A DNA stretch of 64,000 nt from Albugo candida. Its lineage: Eukaryota. Under the pieces are notes generated by a model, which was not told the DNA's origin, ran no database searches, and was given only the letters and a program-made list of their open reading frames with translations. The stretch lies in NCBI GenBank assembly GCA_040437565.1, contig JBDOQK010000001.1, positions 868,001 through 932,000 of the forward strand. Reading direction: 5' to 3'. A program made the position numbers and the translations under genes. Position 1 is the first letter of the stretch; every line of letters starts with the position of its first letter. Below, one piece after another: positions 33,472 to 44,529 of the stretch.

Positions 33472-34602
33472 CTATTGTGCTTTTTTGGTCTCAATTGGTT
33501 CCTCTTCGCTGTCGTCGTCCGACTTTGCATCAGCCTCTTCTTGTTCACCAGAACTGTCGGGTTGCTCTTCTTCTTCTGAGTATGAGAAAAGCTCTTCTAT
33601 CTCACCTCGGACATAGGCAGTGATCAAAGCAGAACCAAGACATGATGGTACTAGATACAACAGTGCAGGTTGAGCTGCATTGAAGTAAAACATCACCACG
33701 ACGGTGGTTGCCAATCCCAGAACGTAAGCGCACAAACCAGCGTGAAAGAAAGGCTTCGTGAAGGATCGGAAACTATTGGTGATTTCGGCACGATGGGCAT
33801 CATAACGCAGTAGTAAGGCGACAAAGATGCCGGGAATAACAATATCACCCAATCCAAGAATCGAGTGCTTCGCTTTCTCAGTTTCGGTAGCAAATTCGCG
33901 TGGAAAGATGAGTTTGATCGGGGCATCAAATGAGGTAGCAACGGTCACCATCACATCCGTTCCAAAGACCCAGAAAATATCGTAAAAAAATAATCCGGTC
34001 AGCAGAATAGCGCCAATTTTAAAGCTACCGAGTGATAAAGACTCAATCCCTTTGATTGACAGTGAGATTCCAAAAATGTTGTTCAGCGTGAAATGTTTGG
34101 TCATAAACCAAGCATAACCAAAGGCTGATGCCAATATGAATGTGAGCACCCAAGCTTGAGATAATATGAACTTATACTTTCCGTGAAATGGGATATTGAT
34201 TTCGCGAGTAAAAACTTTCCCTTTTCCCTGGAATACGATTTGCATAATCAATGGACAAAAGGCCTCGGTCAAACTATATGACCCCACAAGTGCGAAGTAA
34301 GAAGTTAAAAGTAGGTTCACCATATCTTTTTCAAAATACTTGAAAAAGAGATAGAGACCAACAAGGACACCAGATCCCAAAAGAGGAAACATGTATGCGT
34401 CCTTCGCATTCATAACGTCCTCATTTTTCTCTCCGCTAGCTTCTCGATGGCATTTTAAACGTAAGGAGAGAGTTGAGCCAATGTATACGATACTAGTTGC
34501 CGAAAGTATCATTTGTATAGACACAGGTATCAACACAAAGTTGGACAGTACGGTTAACGCAATCAAAACCACATAGCAGGTGTTTTGAATTGAAGTGGTC
34601 AT
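33472..34602 (-). CDS. HM13: Signal peptide peptidase (minor histocompatibility antigen H13-like aspartyl intramembrane protease)
   Basis: Catalytic 'LFFYDIFWVFGT', 'LGLGDIVIPG' and 'QPALLYLVP' motifs. The C-terminal KKAQ is a dilysine-type ER retrieval signal. Confidence 0.95.
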   Translation of the reverse strand: MTTSIQNTCYVVLIALTVLSNFVLIPVSIQMILSATSIVYIGSTLSLRLKCHREASGEKNEDVMNAKDAYMFPLLGSGVLVGLYLFFKYFEKDMVNLLLTSYFALVGSYSLTEAFCPLIMQIVFQGKGKVFTREINIPFHGKYKFILSQAWVLTFILASAFGYAWFMTKHFTLNNIFGISLSIKGIESLSLGSFKIGAILLTGLFFYDIFWVFGTDVMVTVATSFDAPIKLIFPREFATETEKAKHSILGLGDIVIPGIFVALLLRYDAHRAEITNSFRSFTKPFFHAGLCAYVLGLATTVVVMFYFNAAQPALLYLVPSCLGSALITAYVRGEIEELFSYSEEEEQPDSSGEQEEADAKSDDDSEEEPIETKKAQ

Positions 34603-34812
34603 CGGTGGACGCAAATTTATTCGAAATGCGTGCACAAAGTAATTTAATTTTGAGAGGAATTTACGCTGACGAGGGGTCTGGTAACTCCGCTGCACTATAA
34701 GTCGCAGCTCGGGTTTTGTATTGGCTGATTGATGACGTGTCATTCAATGCTATTTTTGAAAGGTACGGTACATCAACACATCAGTGAAGGGAGGATTCTC
34801 GGAATTAAAGCA

Positions 34813-35251
34813 ATGAGCAAAGCATACAGTGTTGAAGAGATTCGCAGTCTCTACGAGAGCAGTCCGGAAAAACTGCAAGCAGAATACAAATCTTCATGCA
34901 AAGCGACTACCGATCTTGCAGCACATGCTCGTGCGAGCATCGCTGCACGTGATTATGTTCCAAAAAACCGCGTGCAAGCTTACATCCATGATTATGCAAA
35001 AAAATACGTCTACACGAATAGGTATGTATCTCCGTATAGACTTGCATATACACCACTTTTGATAGAATCTATACGCACACAGTGTGAAGCCTTTAGTGCA
35101 CATAATGCTTCTGACTGGCGTCACCGGAATCGCTTTGGAATATTTCGGTCACCACGGTAAGCGTTAATCACTGCAATCCGCTGCGTCATATACAATCATC
35201 TACGTAATATTGTGCTTAGGGAGTCACAACGAGCACGACAAAGCTCACTGA
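34813..35251 (+). CDS. Probable mitochondrial ATP synthase subunit f (3 exons)
   Basis: Spliced product ...YIHDYAKKYVYTN|SVKPLVHIMLLTGVTGIALEYFGHH|GSHNEHDKAH*. It resembles subunit f 'Y..KY....S..PL.H' followed by one TM and a His-rich tail. The introns are GT-AG. Confidence 0.65.
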
Positions 35252-35559
35252 GATACTGAACGCAAAGTATCTTGAGGATCCGGAAAATTTGTGTGGATTA
35301 ATTAGGAAAAAGAGAATAAAACCCTCATACTATATTTCGAATTTTTTCATGGTGCATTGAACGGTACGATTGTAGCATGATTCTCGCTGCCAGATGGCCA
35401 AGCGAACGCATTTCACATTCGAAGAGCATGAACGCCTGTATCAATACATTTCGGAACTGTACAGCTTCTCGATGATTGCCATTATTGCTCAATGTCTCAA
35501 CTTCTTTTCATTCATTATTGGAGGCTATCATTCGCACCTTTAAATCTTATTGAATTTTG

Positions 35560-36390
35560 ATGGACTATCGCTCAGATACGGAAGGCTGCGTTTTGTTCCT
35601 GAAAGAATATGACGAGAAGTATTCGAAAGCTCTCTTACAATCGCAAACTAAAGTACCTCTACTAAGAAAACTTAATGCGTGCTTTGCTCAAGTTCTAACC
35701 TTTGAGTATGTGAATCGTCTCCAGCTTCGCGACACTTTACTGCACCTCCAAGGTCGACATGCCGGCATAATAATCACTAGCCCCCGAGCCGGTATCGCGA
35801 TTATAGAGGCAATCAAAGATCTTCCTGAAGGATCCCGTAGCGACATTATTCGACAACTGAGAGAGACAACAATTTTTTCTGTTGGTGCAGCCACGTCCAG
35901 TAATTTGCACCAATTTGGTATTTCCTGCAATGGCGAACATAGTGGATCTGCAGATGGGCTGGCTGACTATATATTTGAGAATGGAATACTTCCCCCTTGT
36001 TCTGCAAAAAAACCAGTGCTATTTCTTTGCGGAGATAAAAGACGGGATTCTATTCCATCGGCATTTCGACAACGAGATTTGCCGCTTGTCGAGCTAAAGG
36101 TCTATGAAAGCTGTCCTCTCAAGGAAATCAAGATGCCTGACGGATTGGAAGTACCAGCATGGATTGCTTTTTTCAGTCCGAGTGGCTTGAAAGCCGTACA
36201 GAATCTTCCTCTCCCATGGCCTCACATCAGAAAGGCTGCTATTGGAAAAACAACTGCAAGCGCATTACAGAAGCTTGCCGATTCTACTGGAATGATGCAT
36301 TGGAATCCACATGTTACTGCCACGTCACCTAATTCAGATGCACTTGCACGAGCGATTGTTGAATATGAACATAATAACTCAGTCTCGTGA
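35560..36390 (+). CDS. UROS: Uroporphyrinogen-III synthase (HemD/HEM4)
   Basis: Motifs 'GIIITSPRA', 'FSVGAAT', 'GEHSGSADGLA', 'VLFLCGDKRRD', 'LKVYE', 'IAFFSPSG' and 'AAIGKTTA'. Confidence 0.93.
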   Translation: MDYRSDTEGCVLFLKEYDEKYSKALLQSQTKVPLLRKLNACFAQVLTFEYVNRLQLRDTLLHLQGRHAGIIITSPRAGIAIIEAIKDLPEGSRSDIIRQLRETTIFSVGAATSSNLHQFGISCNGEHSGSADGLADYIFENGILPPCSAKKPVLFLCGDKRRDSIPSAFRQRDLPLVELKVYESCPLKEIKMPDGLEVPAWIAFFSPSGLKAVQNLPLPWPHIRKAAIGKTTASALQKLADSTGMMHWNPHVTATSPNSDALARAIVEYEHNNSVS

Positions 36391-36929
36391 ATGTCACAGA
36401 TTGTCCACGTTGGCACAGAGCTACTTTTCTGCTCTGAATTGGGAGCAGCTGTTATAGCTGAATAAGTGAAACAAATCGAGGCAAAGTAAGCTGAAGAATA
36501 CGTTACGTCCCATTATAACGTTTGATCCCCGACAAGCCAAATATTTGTTCCGTCCGTCCATTTTCAAGAATTGAACGCATGTTGCGAAGCTTTGTCACAG
36601 CAAACAGCGATGACACTTCCCTTTTGATCAAATATTACAAGTCCATGTACCCGTACCTTCTAGTAACCTTCCACAATAGATGCTCTTATAATTAGAAAAT
36701 AACTCGTACAATATAATAATTCGAAGAACGTCTTTCTCGGATTTCACGCCTCTTCTTTGCTCTATTGCCAGGAGGTCGACCAGAACCACACACCCACCAA
36801 TTACCCGGCAAAAGTCGTCGTGTATCCACCATAAATTATTCGTATACACCGCGTCAATCAATACTTATGACGCCAAATCTTGCGTAAGCTCACTCTACAA
36901 TCTGAAAAGCTTTTATTGTATCTGATTGC

Positions 36930-39167
36930 ATGGTTTTCCGTAACTTGTATCGCAGAGACTCGAATAAGAATTCAATGGGTACAACGCTTTCTGAGTGCAC
37001 ATGGCAAAAAAGCAATCAATTACCCCATCAGATGAAAGGGATCGATGATCAACGGCGGAATCGGAATCAGGATTCAGAGTGGCAGCAATCGGCAAAGCCT
37101 TCCAAAACAGCTGATTCTCCTTCCATGACGAAACTGGTGCGTAAGATGTCGCTACATTTTTGCAATTATAAAAAGAATGAACTGCACGCGAAAATACTGC
37201 GAGTAACAATGGCAGATCGGATGTGTGATCGAGCATGTGGAAGTATTCGAATTAGCTCGCCGGCGCTGGAATCTCGTGCGCGCAAAGAATCACGAGACAT
37301 GTTGCAAGATTCTTTGGCAAGACATAGTGCCAAGGATGACTCTGAAATAATGTCTTGCTCCAAGTCTTTTCATGCGTTCCGTCAAGGCGCTCCTTGGACT
37401 TTTAAAGATACGATCAATATCGGGGAATCTGACGAAATCCACTCTTTCATCATGTTCCGAGTTCTGGATCCAACTTCTTATTTCTATCGATTTCGAATAG
37501 ATGATAAGCAACATCTAAAGCCGCAGAAACTGACTGTGCATCTAGTCGACATTGAGTGGCTAAAACCACATGAGCAAATTGTCAGCTTGGAGCGGGTGAA
37601 TGGACTGAAGCAAGCAATTTTGGCGTGGAACGCCTTCACAGAGCCGCTTCTAATTGATTTGAAAACCGGATCAATACTCGACGGACACCACCGCTACACG
37701 GTGGCAATGCAGCTGAGACTCAAGCAAATACCTGCGGTTCTGATTGATTACTTGGATGACGCAGGTGTAACCGTGGATGTATGGGCAGAATGTGGACGTG
37801 AAAATCTGACGAAATATGAAGTGATTGAAATGGCGTTAAGTACTCAACTGTTTCCCGCAAAAACAAGTCGACATCGATTTGTGAAGGCACTTCCTCCTAT
37901 CTCCGTTCCCCTCTCCGTCTTGAAGACACCACCACGTGTAAATATCAACTTGCTACCCAATCTTGGTGACCACGATGTATTGAACAGTCTCAATTTTGAA
38001 AGAACGGAAGAAAGAATCGATGTTGTCCAGCATATAGGTTCTCAAGAACTGAGGAGGTGTCAAAAAAGTCTACGGGACTTTTCGATGGGTTTTTTTTGTG
38101 GTGCTCAAAGTCTTGCTGCTAAACTGAACCGGACGAATCGTATTCGCAGAATTGAGAATAATGATAGGCGTTATCAAGCACGTGAAACATTCCTTGATAT
38201 AGTCAAGCGTCCTACTTTACATCATTCTGCTTCTACCTCTTTTTTCGACGTGATTCGTGTCAACGACCCATCCTCATCCTTCTGCCGACAAAAGACTCAA
38301 ACATTGGATGACTTTCTATGTAGCGATGCNNNNNNNNNNNNNNNNNNNNNNNNNNNNNNNNNNNNNNNNNNNNNNNNNNNNNNNNNNNNNNNNNNNNNNN
38401 NNNNNNNNNNNNNNNNNNNNNNNNNNNNNACGAATCGTATTCGCAGAATTGAGAATAATGATAGGCGTTATCAAGCACGTGAAACATTCCTTGATATAGT
38501 CAAGCGTCCTACTTTACATCATTCTGCTTCTACCTCTTTTTTCGACGTGATTCGTGTCAACGACCCATCCTCATCCTTCTGCCGACAAAAGACTCAAACA
38601 TTGGATGACTTTCTATGTAGCGATGCTGCCAAAGGTATAACGTTTTATGGGATCCGAGTGTGTGATCCAACCTCATATTTCTACAAATTTCGCTTGAATG
38701 CATGCCCACGACGAAGTCCGCAACGAGCACTCATTGTATTAGCTGATATCAAGTGGTTAAAACCTCACGAACATGTTGTCAGCTGGGATCGTGTTGAGGG
38801 ATTACGGAAAGCTACATTGCGATGGAACGCTTACATGGAACCTCTTCTTGTAGATTCGAAGACGGGAGCAATACTTGACGGTCATCATCGCTATCATGTT
38901 GGTCTTCGAATACATCTCCGTACAGTACCGGTCGTATTAGTCGATTATTTGGAAGATGAATCGATTACGGTGGACGTCTGGCCGAATTGTGGCCGTGATA
39001 GCTTAACGAAAGAAGAAGTCATTCGAATGTCACTATCGGAGGATGTATTCCCACCCAAAACGAGTCGACATAAGTTTTCGGATGATTTACCACCCATTTC
39101 TGTCCTATTGGATCGCTTGCGGCAACCACTGCATGAAAATCAGGTGGTAAGTTGCCTCAATCAATGA
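36930..39167 (+). CDS. Protein with two tandem ParB/sulfiredoxin-fold domains
   Basis: Two copies of 'DI.WLKPHE..V...EPLL.D.KTG.ILDGHHRY...P.VL.DY...TVDVW..CGR..LTK.EVI.M.LS...FP.KTSRH.F'. The ORF is intronless and about 646 aa after removing the gap and duplicated segment. Confidence 0.85.
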   Translation: MVFRNLYRRDSNKNSMGTTLSECTWQKSNQLPHQMKGIDDQRRNRNQDSEWQQSAKPSKTADSPSMTKLVRKMSLHFCNYKKNELHAKILRVTMADRMCDRACGSIRISSPALESRARKESRDMLQDSLARHSAKDDSEIMSCSKSFHAFRQGAPWTFKDTINIGESDEIHSFIMFRVLDPTSYFYRFRIDDKQHLKPQKLTVHLVDIEWLKPHEQIVSLERVNGLKQAILAWNAFTEPLLIDLKTGSILDGHHRYTVAMQLRLKQIPAVLIDYLDDAGVTVDVWAECGRENLTKYEVIEMALSTQLFPAKTSRHRFVKALPPISVPLSVLKTPPRVNINLLPNLGDHDVLNSLNFERTEERIDVVQHIGSQELRRCQKSLRDFSMGFFCGAQSLAAKLNRTNRIRRIENNDRRYQARETFLDIVKRPTLHHSASTSFFDVIRVNDPSSSFCRQKTQTLDDFLCSDXXXXXXXXXXXXXXXXXXXXXXXXXXXXXXXXXXTNRIRRIENNDRRYQARETFLDIVKRPTLHHSASTSFFDVIRVNDPSSSFCRQKTQTLDDFLCSDAAKGITFYGIRVCDPTSYFYKFRLNACPRRSPQRALIVLADIKWLKPHEHVVSWDRVEGLRKATLRWNAYMEPLLVDSKTGAILDGHHRYHVGLRIHLRTVPVVLVDYLEDESITVDVWPNCGRDSLTKEEVIRMSLSEDVFPPKTSRHKFSDDLPPISVLLDRLRQPLHENQVVSCLNQ
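38330..38429. other. 100-N gap; 38133-38329 duplicated at 38430-38626
   Basis: Direct identity. Confidence 0.95.
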
Positions 39168-41018
39168 TAGAGAGTTTTGTTGCGCTTCTCGAGAGAAATA
39201 TACCATTTTTTGTTCGATTATGCCTTCATCGTCCCTTTGATCTATTTCGATGTGATCGGATGATGCAGCTGCCTGTGATTTTGAGAGAGGAAATGCCAAA
39301 TTAAAGAAAGATGGTACAGCGACCAATCTAATCGTAACTGCCCCATGCCCTTACTGAATCGATTTTGGATTATATCTTCAGCGTTTCGACATGAAGATTC
39401 GTTTTCACCTCAACCCTTCTAAAGCTCAATGTCGATATGTAACGTCAAGCCTTCTCGTTGATGCTAGAGTATCGTACTGGATTCTTGACTGCCACATTGT
39501 ATATTTCCACAAATGCTTGGGTCTGTTAGTTCTGAAACCCTGATAAAAATCTGATCGCCGAAGTGTTCAAATATTTCTACTGGAATTGGAACGGCTTACA
39601 ATTTTACTATGACGACTCGTGAAGGCCCATGGTACCATGAATTGCGTACATAGGGCGTCGATACTTCTATGCTACAAGAAGGCGATTATAATCTTATGAC
39701 TTTCTGGTCTATAGAGTGTGATTGTTGAGCATAACATACCACATCTGTTCTCACACAATGCCTCATCGCCAACTTACATATCACTAAATGTCTACAAACA
39801 GGGTCGCCATTACCAAGATCGAAAATCAACTAGTAAAGTTGCGACCCCTTTGAATAGCGTATCTGAACACTCAATACATTGCATTCTGGAGGATAGATCA
39901 TCGCCAGATTGAAAAAAAATCAAGCAAAACGCATTTGAGTGAGCTAACCAGTGCATAAATCGGTGCCTAACTTGATGCACAACAAAGAGCCATTCAAATT
40001 GGAATGGAGTAGCATCTACTTGATACTATTAAAGTATTTCTTGCATGATTGACATCCACTTTATCAACAAATATCGTGTTCGTCTTCTTATTCCACTTCA
40101 CGCCGAATCATCAAATTTTTTACTGGTAATACGACGTCATACACCTGCCTTGCTGTTAGTAATTTATTTAAGCACGGCTTACACATTAGATTCCAGTTTC
40201 AGCGATTTCTTTCTCTCGGTTCAATACTTCGCTCTTTGGAAGATAGAAGCTGCTGTACCAATGACTTACTTCCAAGAAAACTCTAATTTAAATGGTGTTA
40301 ACTTTCTTCCTTTGTGCTGGCGCTACTCTAATCTACATTTTCGCCACCTTTTGCGCATACTCCTGGTAGCCGACCATTCCAGTGAAAATTCTAGCAGCAC
40401 ATTTTTGCCATCTGTTCTCAGTACAAAATCTGGAATACAAACCGTTGCCATGACTTCCCTTTTCTCATCTGAGTTGATTTTCCTAGGCTATTCCACAATA
40501 AAGTATTGACCAAATAGCTTAAAATGGAGAAGCGTGAACATCCGCTTAACAGTTTTATCCCTCATTTTGACAACATGTGACAAACTGTCAATTATTCTAT
40601 GAGCAATTAGATGCTCACATGTGTCTCAGCTTACCCGAATTCAGTGCATCAACTTTCCGTGCTCGCTGCTGCTTCGGGACTGGTAGATCGACTACGATGC
40701 TCAGCAACCTGCTTTCCAGTGGTATCGAGCAATTCCATTGAACGTATATATTCAGAGGTAGATATCAAGTACTTCAAAAGCAAGTGTGGGTATGAAATCC
40801 TTTCACCGAGATGAAGCCGATTCATAACGAAAGGATTATTGATAAAACATGCACTCCACATGATGTATCTTTCCAAACACCGTATCTTGCCGGATATATC
40901 GACTCAAACACCTCCCCATGACAGATGTACAACGCAAAACCATATATAAAATCAGTGTGGGTGTGGATGTGACTTTTGATACTCATCGACGCATTTGCAA
41001 GGCCCGGTCTTAATGGAC

Positions 41019-41822
41019 TCAAGATGCAGCATACTCAATGGCAGAGTCATACGCTTCGCAATTTAATGATGATGCCATGAACAGCGACATCTCGCGCACA
41101 AACGTATCAGCTCTGCCTTGCAGAAATGGCTGTAATTGCTCTATTAACTCATTGTATGCTACCGTTGTTCTGGATGCTGTAACTTTCTCCAGTACCCACT
41201 CAATCAAGGCGATGAATATGGTTAGATCCGTTGAGTATCCTAAACACGCAATTAGTTCACGTTCCACCCAATCGATCCATTGTGAGCGTTGCTTTCTTGG
41301 AAGTGGTAAATTCTTGATACTAATTTCCTCAAGCAGAATTCCATTGATTCGAATGGGTACAAGACCTGGCTGATAGACCAGGCGTCTTAGCCGCGTACTG
41401 AAATCCAAAGTGTCCATTTTGAACTTAACTCGTCGAAAATGCTTCATAGCACGGCCAAATGTCAGATCGTTATCCAACTCGAGCTTGACCAAGTTTATAT
41501 CAGAGGTGATATTTGCGTAAAGTGTATCGAATTCGCACTTGCACATCGGACACTCTGGAAGTCCTCGCTTTTGAGATTTCTTCTTCACGTGATCTACCCA
41601 CAAGCAAATACAATCGCAGCAAAAAATATGCCCGCAGTCTTGAGTCATTACTGCTAAGTCAACTTTTTGCAGACAGATTGGACACAACTCATTTTCTAAA
41701 GTATCATGTTCGTTCGAATGAACCGCTTGCAAAGAAGTGGCTGATACCTCAACGCTTTCGTGTGCGTTATTTTGAGCACATAGTAGTGCCTCGAGTTCCA
41801 CAAAACCAGATTCTTGCATCAT
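41019..41822 (-). CDS. RING-HC E3 ubiquitin ligase, TOPORS-like
   Basis: C3HC4 motif CPIC...CGHIFCCDC...CPMCK. The C-terminal 'W..REL...LQPFL..RADTFVREM..F..S.L...AYD' resembles TOPORS/PSH1-type proteins. Confidence 0.85.
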   Translation of the reverse strand: MMQESGFVELEALLCAQNNAHESVEVSATSLQAVHSNEHDTLENELCPICLQKVDLAVMTQDCGHIFCCDCICLWVDHVKKKSQKRGLPECPMCKCEFDTLYANITSDINLVKLELDNDLTFGRAMKHFRRVKFKMDTLDFSTRLRRLVYQPGLVPIRINGILLEEISIKNLPLPRKQRSQWIDWVERELIACLGYSTDLTIFIALIEWVLEKVTASRTTVAYNELIEQLQPFLQGRADTFVREMSLFMASSLNCEAYDSAIEYAAS

Positions 41823-44529
41823 GCGGTCGACTGGAGAAATTTATCCAATGAATATATTCTAAAACTCAACATTGTTGTATGCACACAGATGTAATGGCAC
41901 GCATCAGAAGAATATCGCAGAGTTGCTCACTTTCAGGCAACAGACAGATAAAGTGATATTCAAGAATTTTGCTACGCTTTGTGTCACCTGTGGTGCATAG
42001 TACCATCTTCAAATTAATCTGAAGATCGCTTCCTTTTGATATTACCAATGCCATTATCTGACAGGCACTTAAACTTCGAAATGTATCCCTCACCTTGCGT
42101 CGAACACTCATCTTCATACCTCTGCGTGCGATAAATTTTGCCGAACGTCGCAAAAAGCATTGATTCTTCATTCCACCAATATTCTTTTCAACAAAGGCCA
42201 GTACTCACCATCGTAAAATAAAATTTCATCTTAACCTTTTTGTGTGTAGTGCAGTTGGCTTCCAAAGACGTGCATGGCACGCACGAGATAGCCGACATTT
42301 CGAATGAAGATCGATATTCGTATCCAAGTGCAAGTAAATCATCGTTCATTCTATCGGCAAGAATACTATTCATCATTTAGCTTGAGCATTTAGCTTAAGC
42401 AACGCGATCATACGAGGTCAGGATCACGTATGGCTAAGTAATTTGAGCGAATTTTATCGAAATGCCTATTGTGAATCTTGACTCATTCGTTACTTTCATA
42501 CGCGAAATGACGATTTTCAAAATGAACGTACGCAGTTCGCGTACAGCAATCGAGTATCGAAAGTACACACAAGCTGAACGACCGCTGATGCACGGAAACT
42601 TATGATATATGTCAGCTCAATCAAATGCATCAAACTTCTAACATTACATTGCTAAGCATAATTAGAAAAGATACATGAGCATAAAATCTTACAACGTAGT
42701 TTAGAGCACACATTTCTAGGCAATGGGTGACTCACTTTCACAATCGCTTGATAGCACTCGTGTAGGAAGAAAACTATTTAGATAAGACAGCTATATCAAA
42801 TTGCGAGTTGATTGTACACTTGAACATCATGGCAGGCGAAGTACTTTCCCTAGGGAATATAGCTTCCGCTTGTTCGCTTCGAAACAAGCCACATCTCAAA
42901 GAAATATGAGCAACAAACTCGACCACGCCAAACAAACGAAAAACTTGAGGAGTATGCAGAGCATACTTTCTATACTAGAGTGCGATGCAGGTTGAAAACA
43001 GCCATAATATAACATCACATTGAGTAGTCTACGGCGCGACGCAGCTTGCAACTAAAGTGATATGTCAGACGATTGAATCAACAGCCACTACTTGAGGGAT
43101 GGCCAATATTTAGTCGCTGTTAATAAATAATTTCTCTTCTATGGTCAATATTCTGCTGTCACTTGTTGGATCTCGAAAATAGTTGATTTCGATCCATTGT
43201 TTTGCAAAGGCGCTGTAGTTAATTCAGTATGGAGCACAGAATTCTAATATATTACACAAGTTGTTGATTAAGGAGCTGTATCCTTGGTTGTCATAGTGGC
43301 CAGGGATAATTGCACCCGATTGAAGACTTGCGACAGTGGAGTATGTGTGCTGCTTCAACTGGAAGGATCCCCTCCACGCTGATGAGCGCGTTGAATGGTA
43401 TAGCCATCATATGTAGGTCAGGAGATATGATTCTCAACCGCCACGAAGATTTTCAGTACAATGCATTCGTAAGGGAATGATCCTCACGTATTTCAATGAT
43501 ATCTGTAGATACGTAGCCTGCTACATTGACGTAGAGTGTTCCTCGGAAAAACTGAAAGCGTCAATTGCCAGATTCCCCTTCCGTACCGAGAAAATGCTTT
43601 TCAAGATCGACACGTTATGCCCCGGGGCGTGGAAGATTCTCTGAACGAAAAAAAAACCGCGGGCAAAGTTCTGTATTCCCTCTTAATGCTCGACTCGTGC
43701 CTTTATAAAAAGTATGCGTTAAAAAATGAACCCATCTCGCGTATTGATCCAATTTGGTCAAGTGATTGTGATTCTGGTAATTCTTTGGATATAAAGCGAC
43801 CAAAGAGCTCGCATTTGGAGCGAGAAATGTGAGCCGACTGCTTCGATTTAGAATTAAATAAGAGCTCAAAAAGATAAGCACACTTTTTATTGTTTTTTGG
43901 AATGACAGCTCCGAATGCTTTAACGACGTTCCATCACCATTTCGCCTCCCGATACCGGCTAAGTCACGAAAGCATCGTAAGAACCGTTATAAACCGTATG
44001 AAAATGGATTTCACTGCATTTTGTTCCGTCTCATCCAATAAATAACTGAGAATGCAATGGTTTTTGTCTCATTGATGAGCTGCGATATAATTACAATTCG
44101 ATTCTATCCCATCTTGAAGTCTGCACACGCCAGCGACAGCTGTGGTCGCTCTATAAAGTCGAGGTTTCATCGTACATCGTCTAGAATACCCATCAAGTGG
44201 TCGCTTGTATGGTCCTTTCCCTCCAAAACGATACGTCAGAACTATCTCGAAGGAGATCGTTTTCTTAAAGCGCAGACGACCTGCATCTTCGATGAGATTC
44301 TACCATATTTTTTGAATCGTAAAACATTGTGAGGTCGAAAAAATAGCCCATAGTGCTAGTACGACTGGAACATTTTACTTGTCGAATCAGCTTTCAATGC
44401 CCTGCGAGAACGTGCACTCAGTTATCAAACTGGTTAACAAGCTGTTACTGACGCGGGCCTTTTATCGATCTCCGAGGCTTCAAGAGAGATGCGATCAAAT
44501 GTATCTTCAGGATCCTCCGGGAACGTCGA

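Noticed and set aside
38133-38626. Internal tandem repeat in the ParB protein linker
   Set aside because: An exact duplicate flanking a 100-N gap, so an assembly artefact.
39200-40900. ORFs 40045-40509 and nearby small ORFs
   Set aside because: No motif and no convincing exon chain.
42400-44500. Possible retrotransposon remnant in the gene-poor region
   Set aside because: I found no RT (YxDD), integrase, RNase H, LTR or TIR signature, so it cannot be supported without a search.
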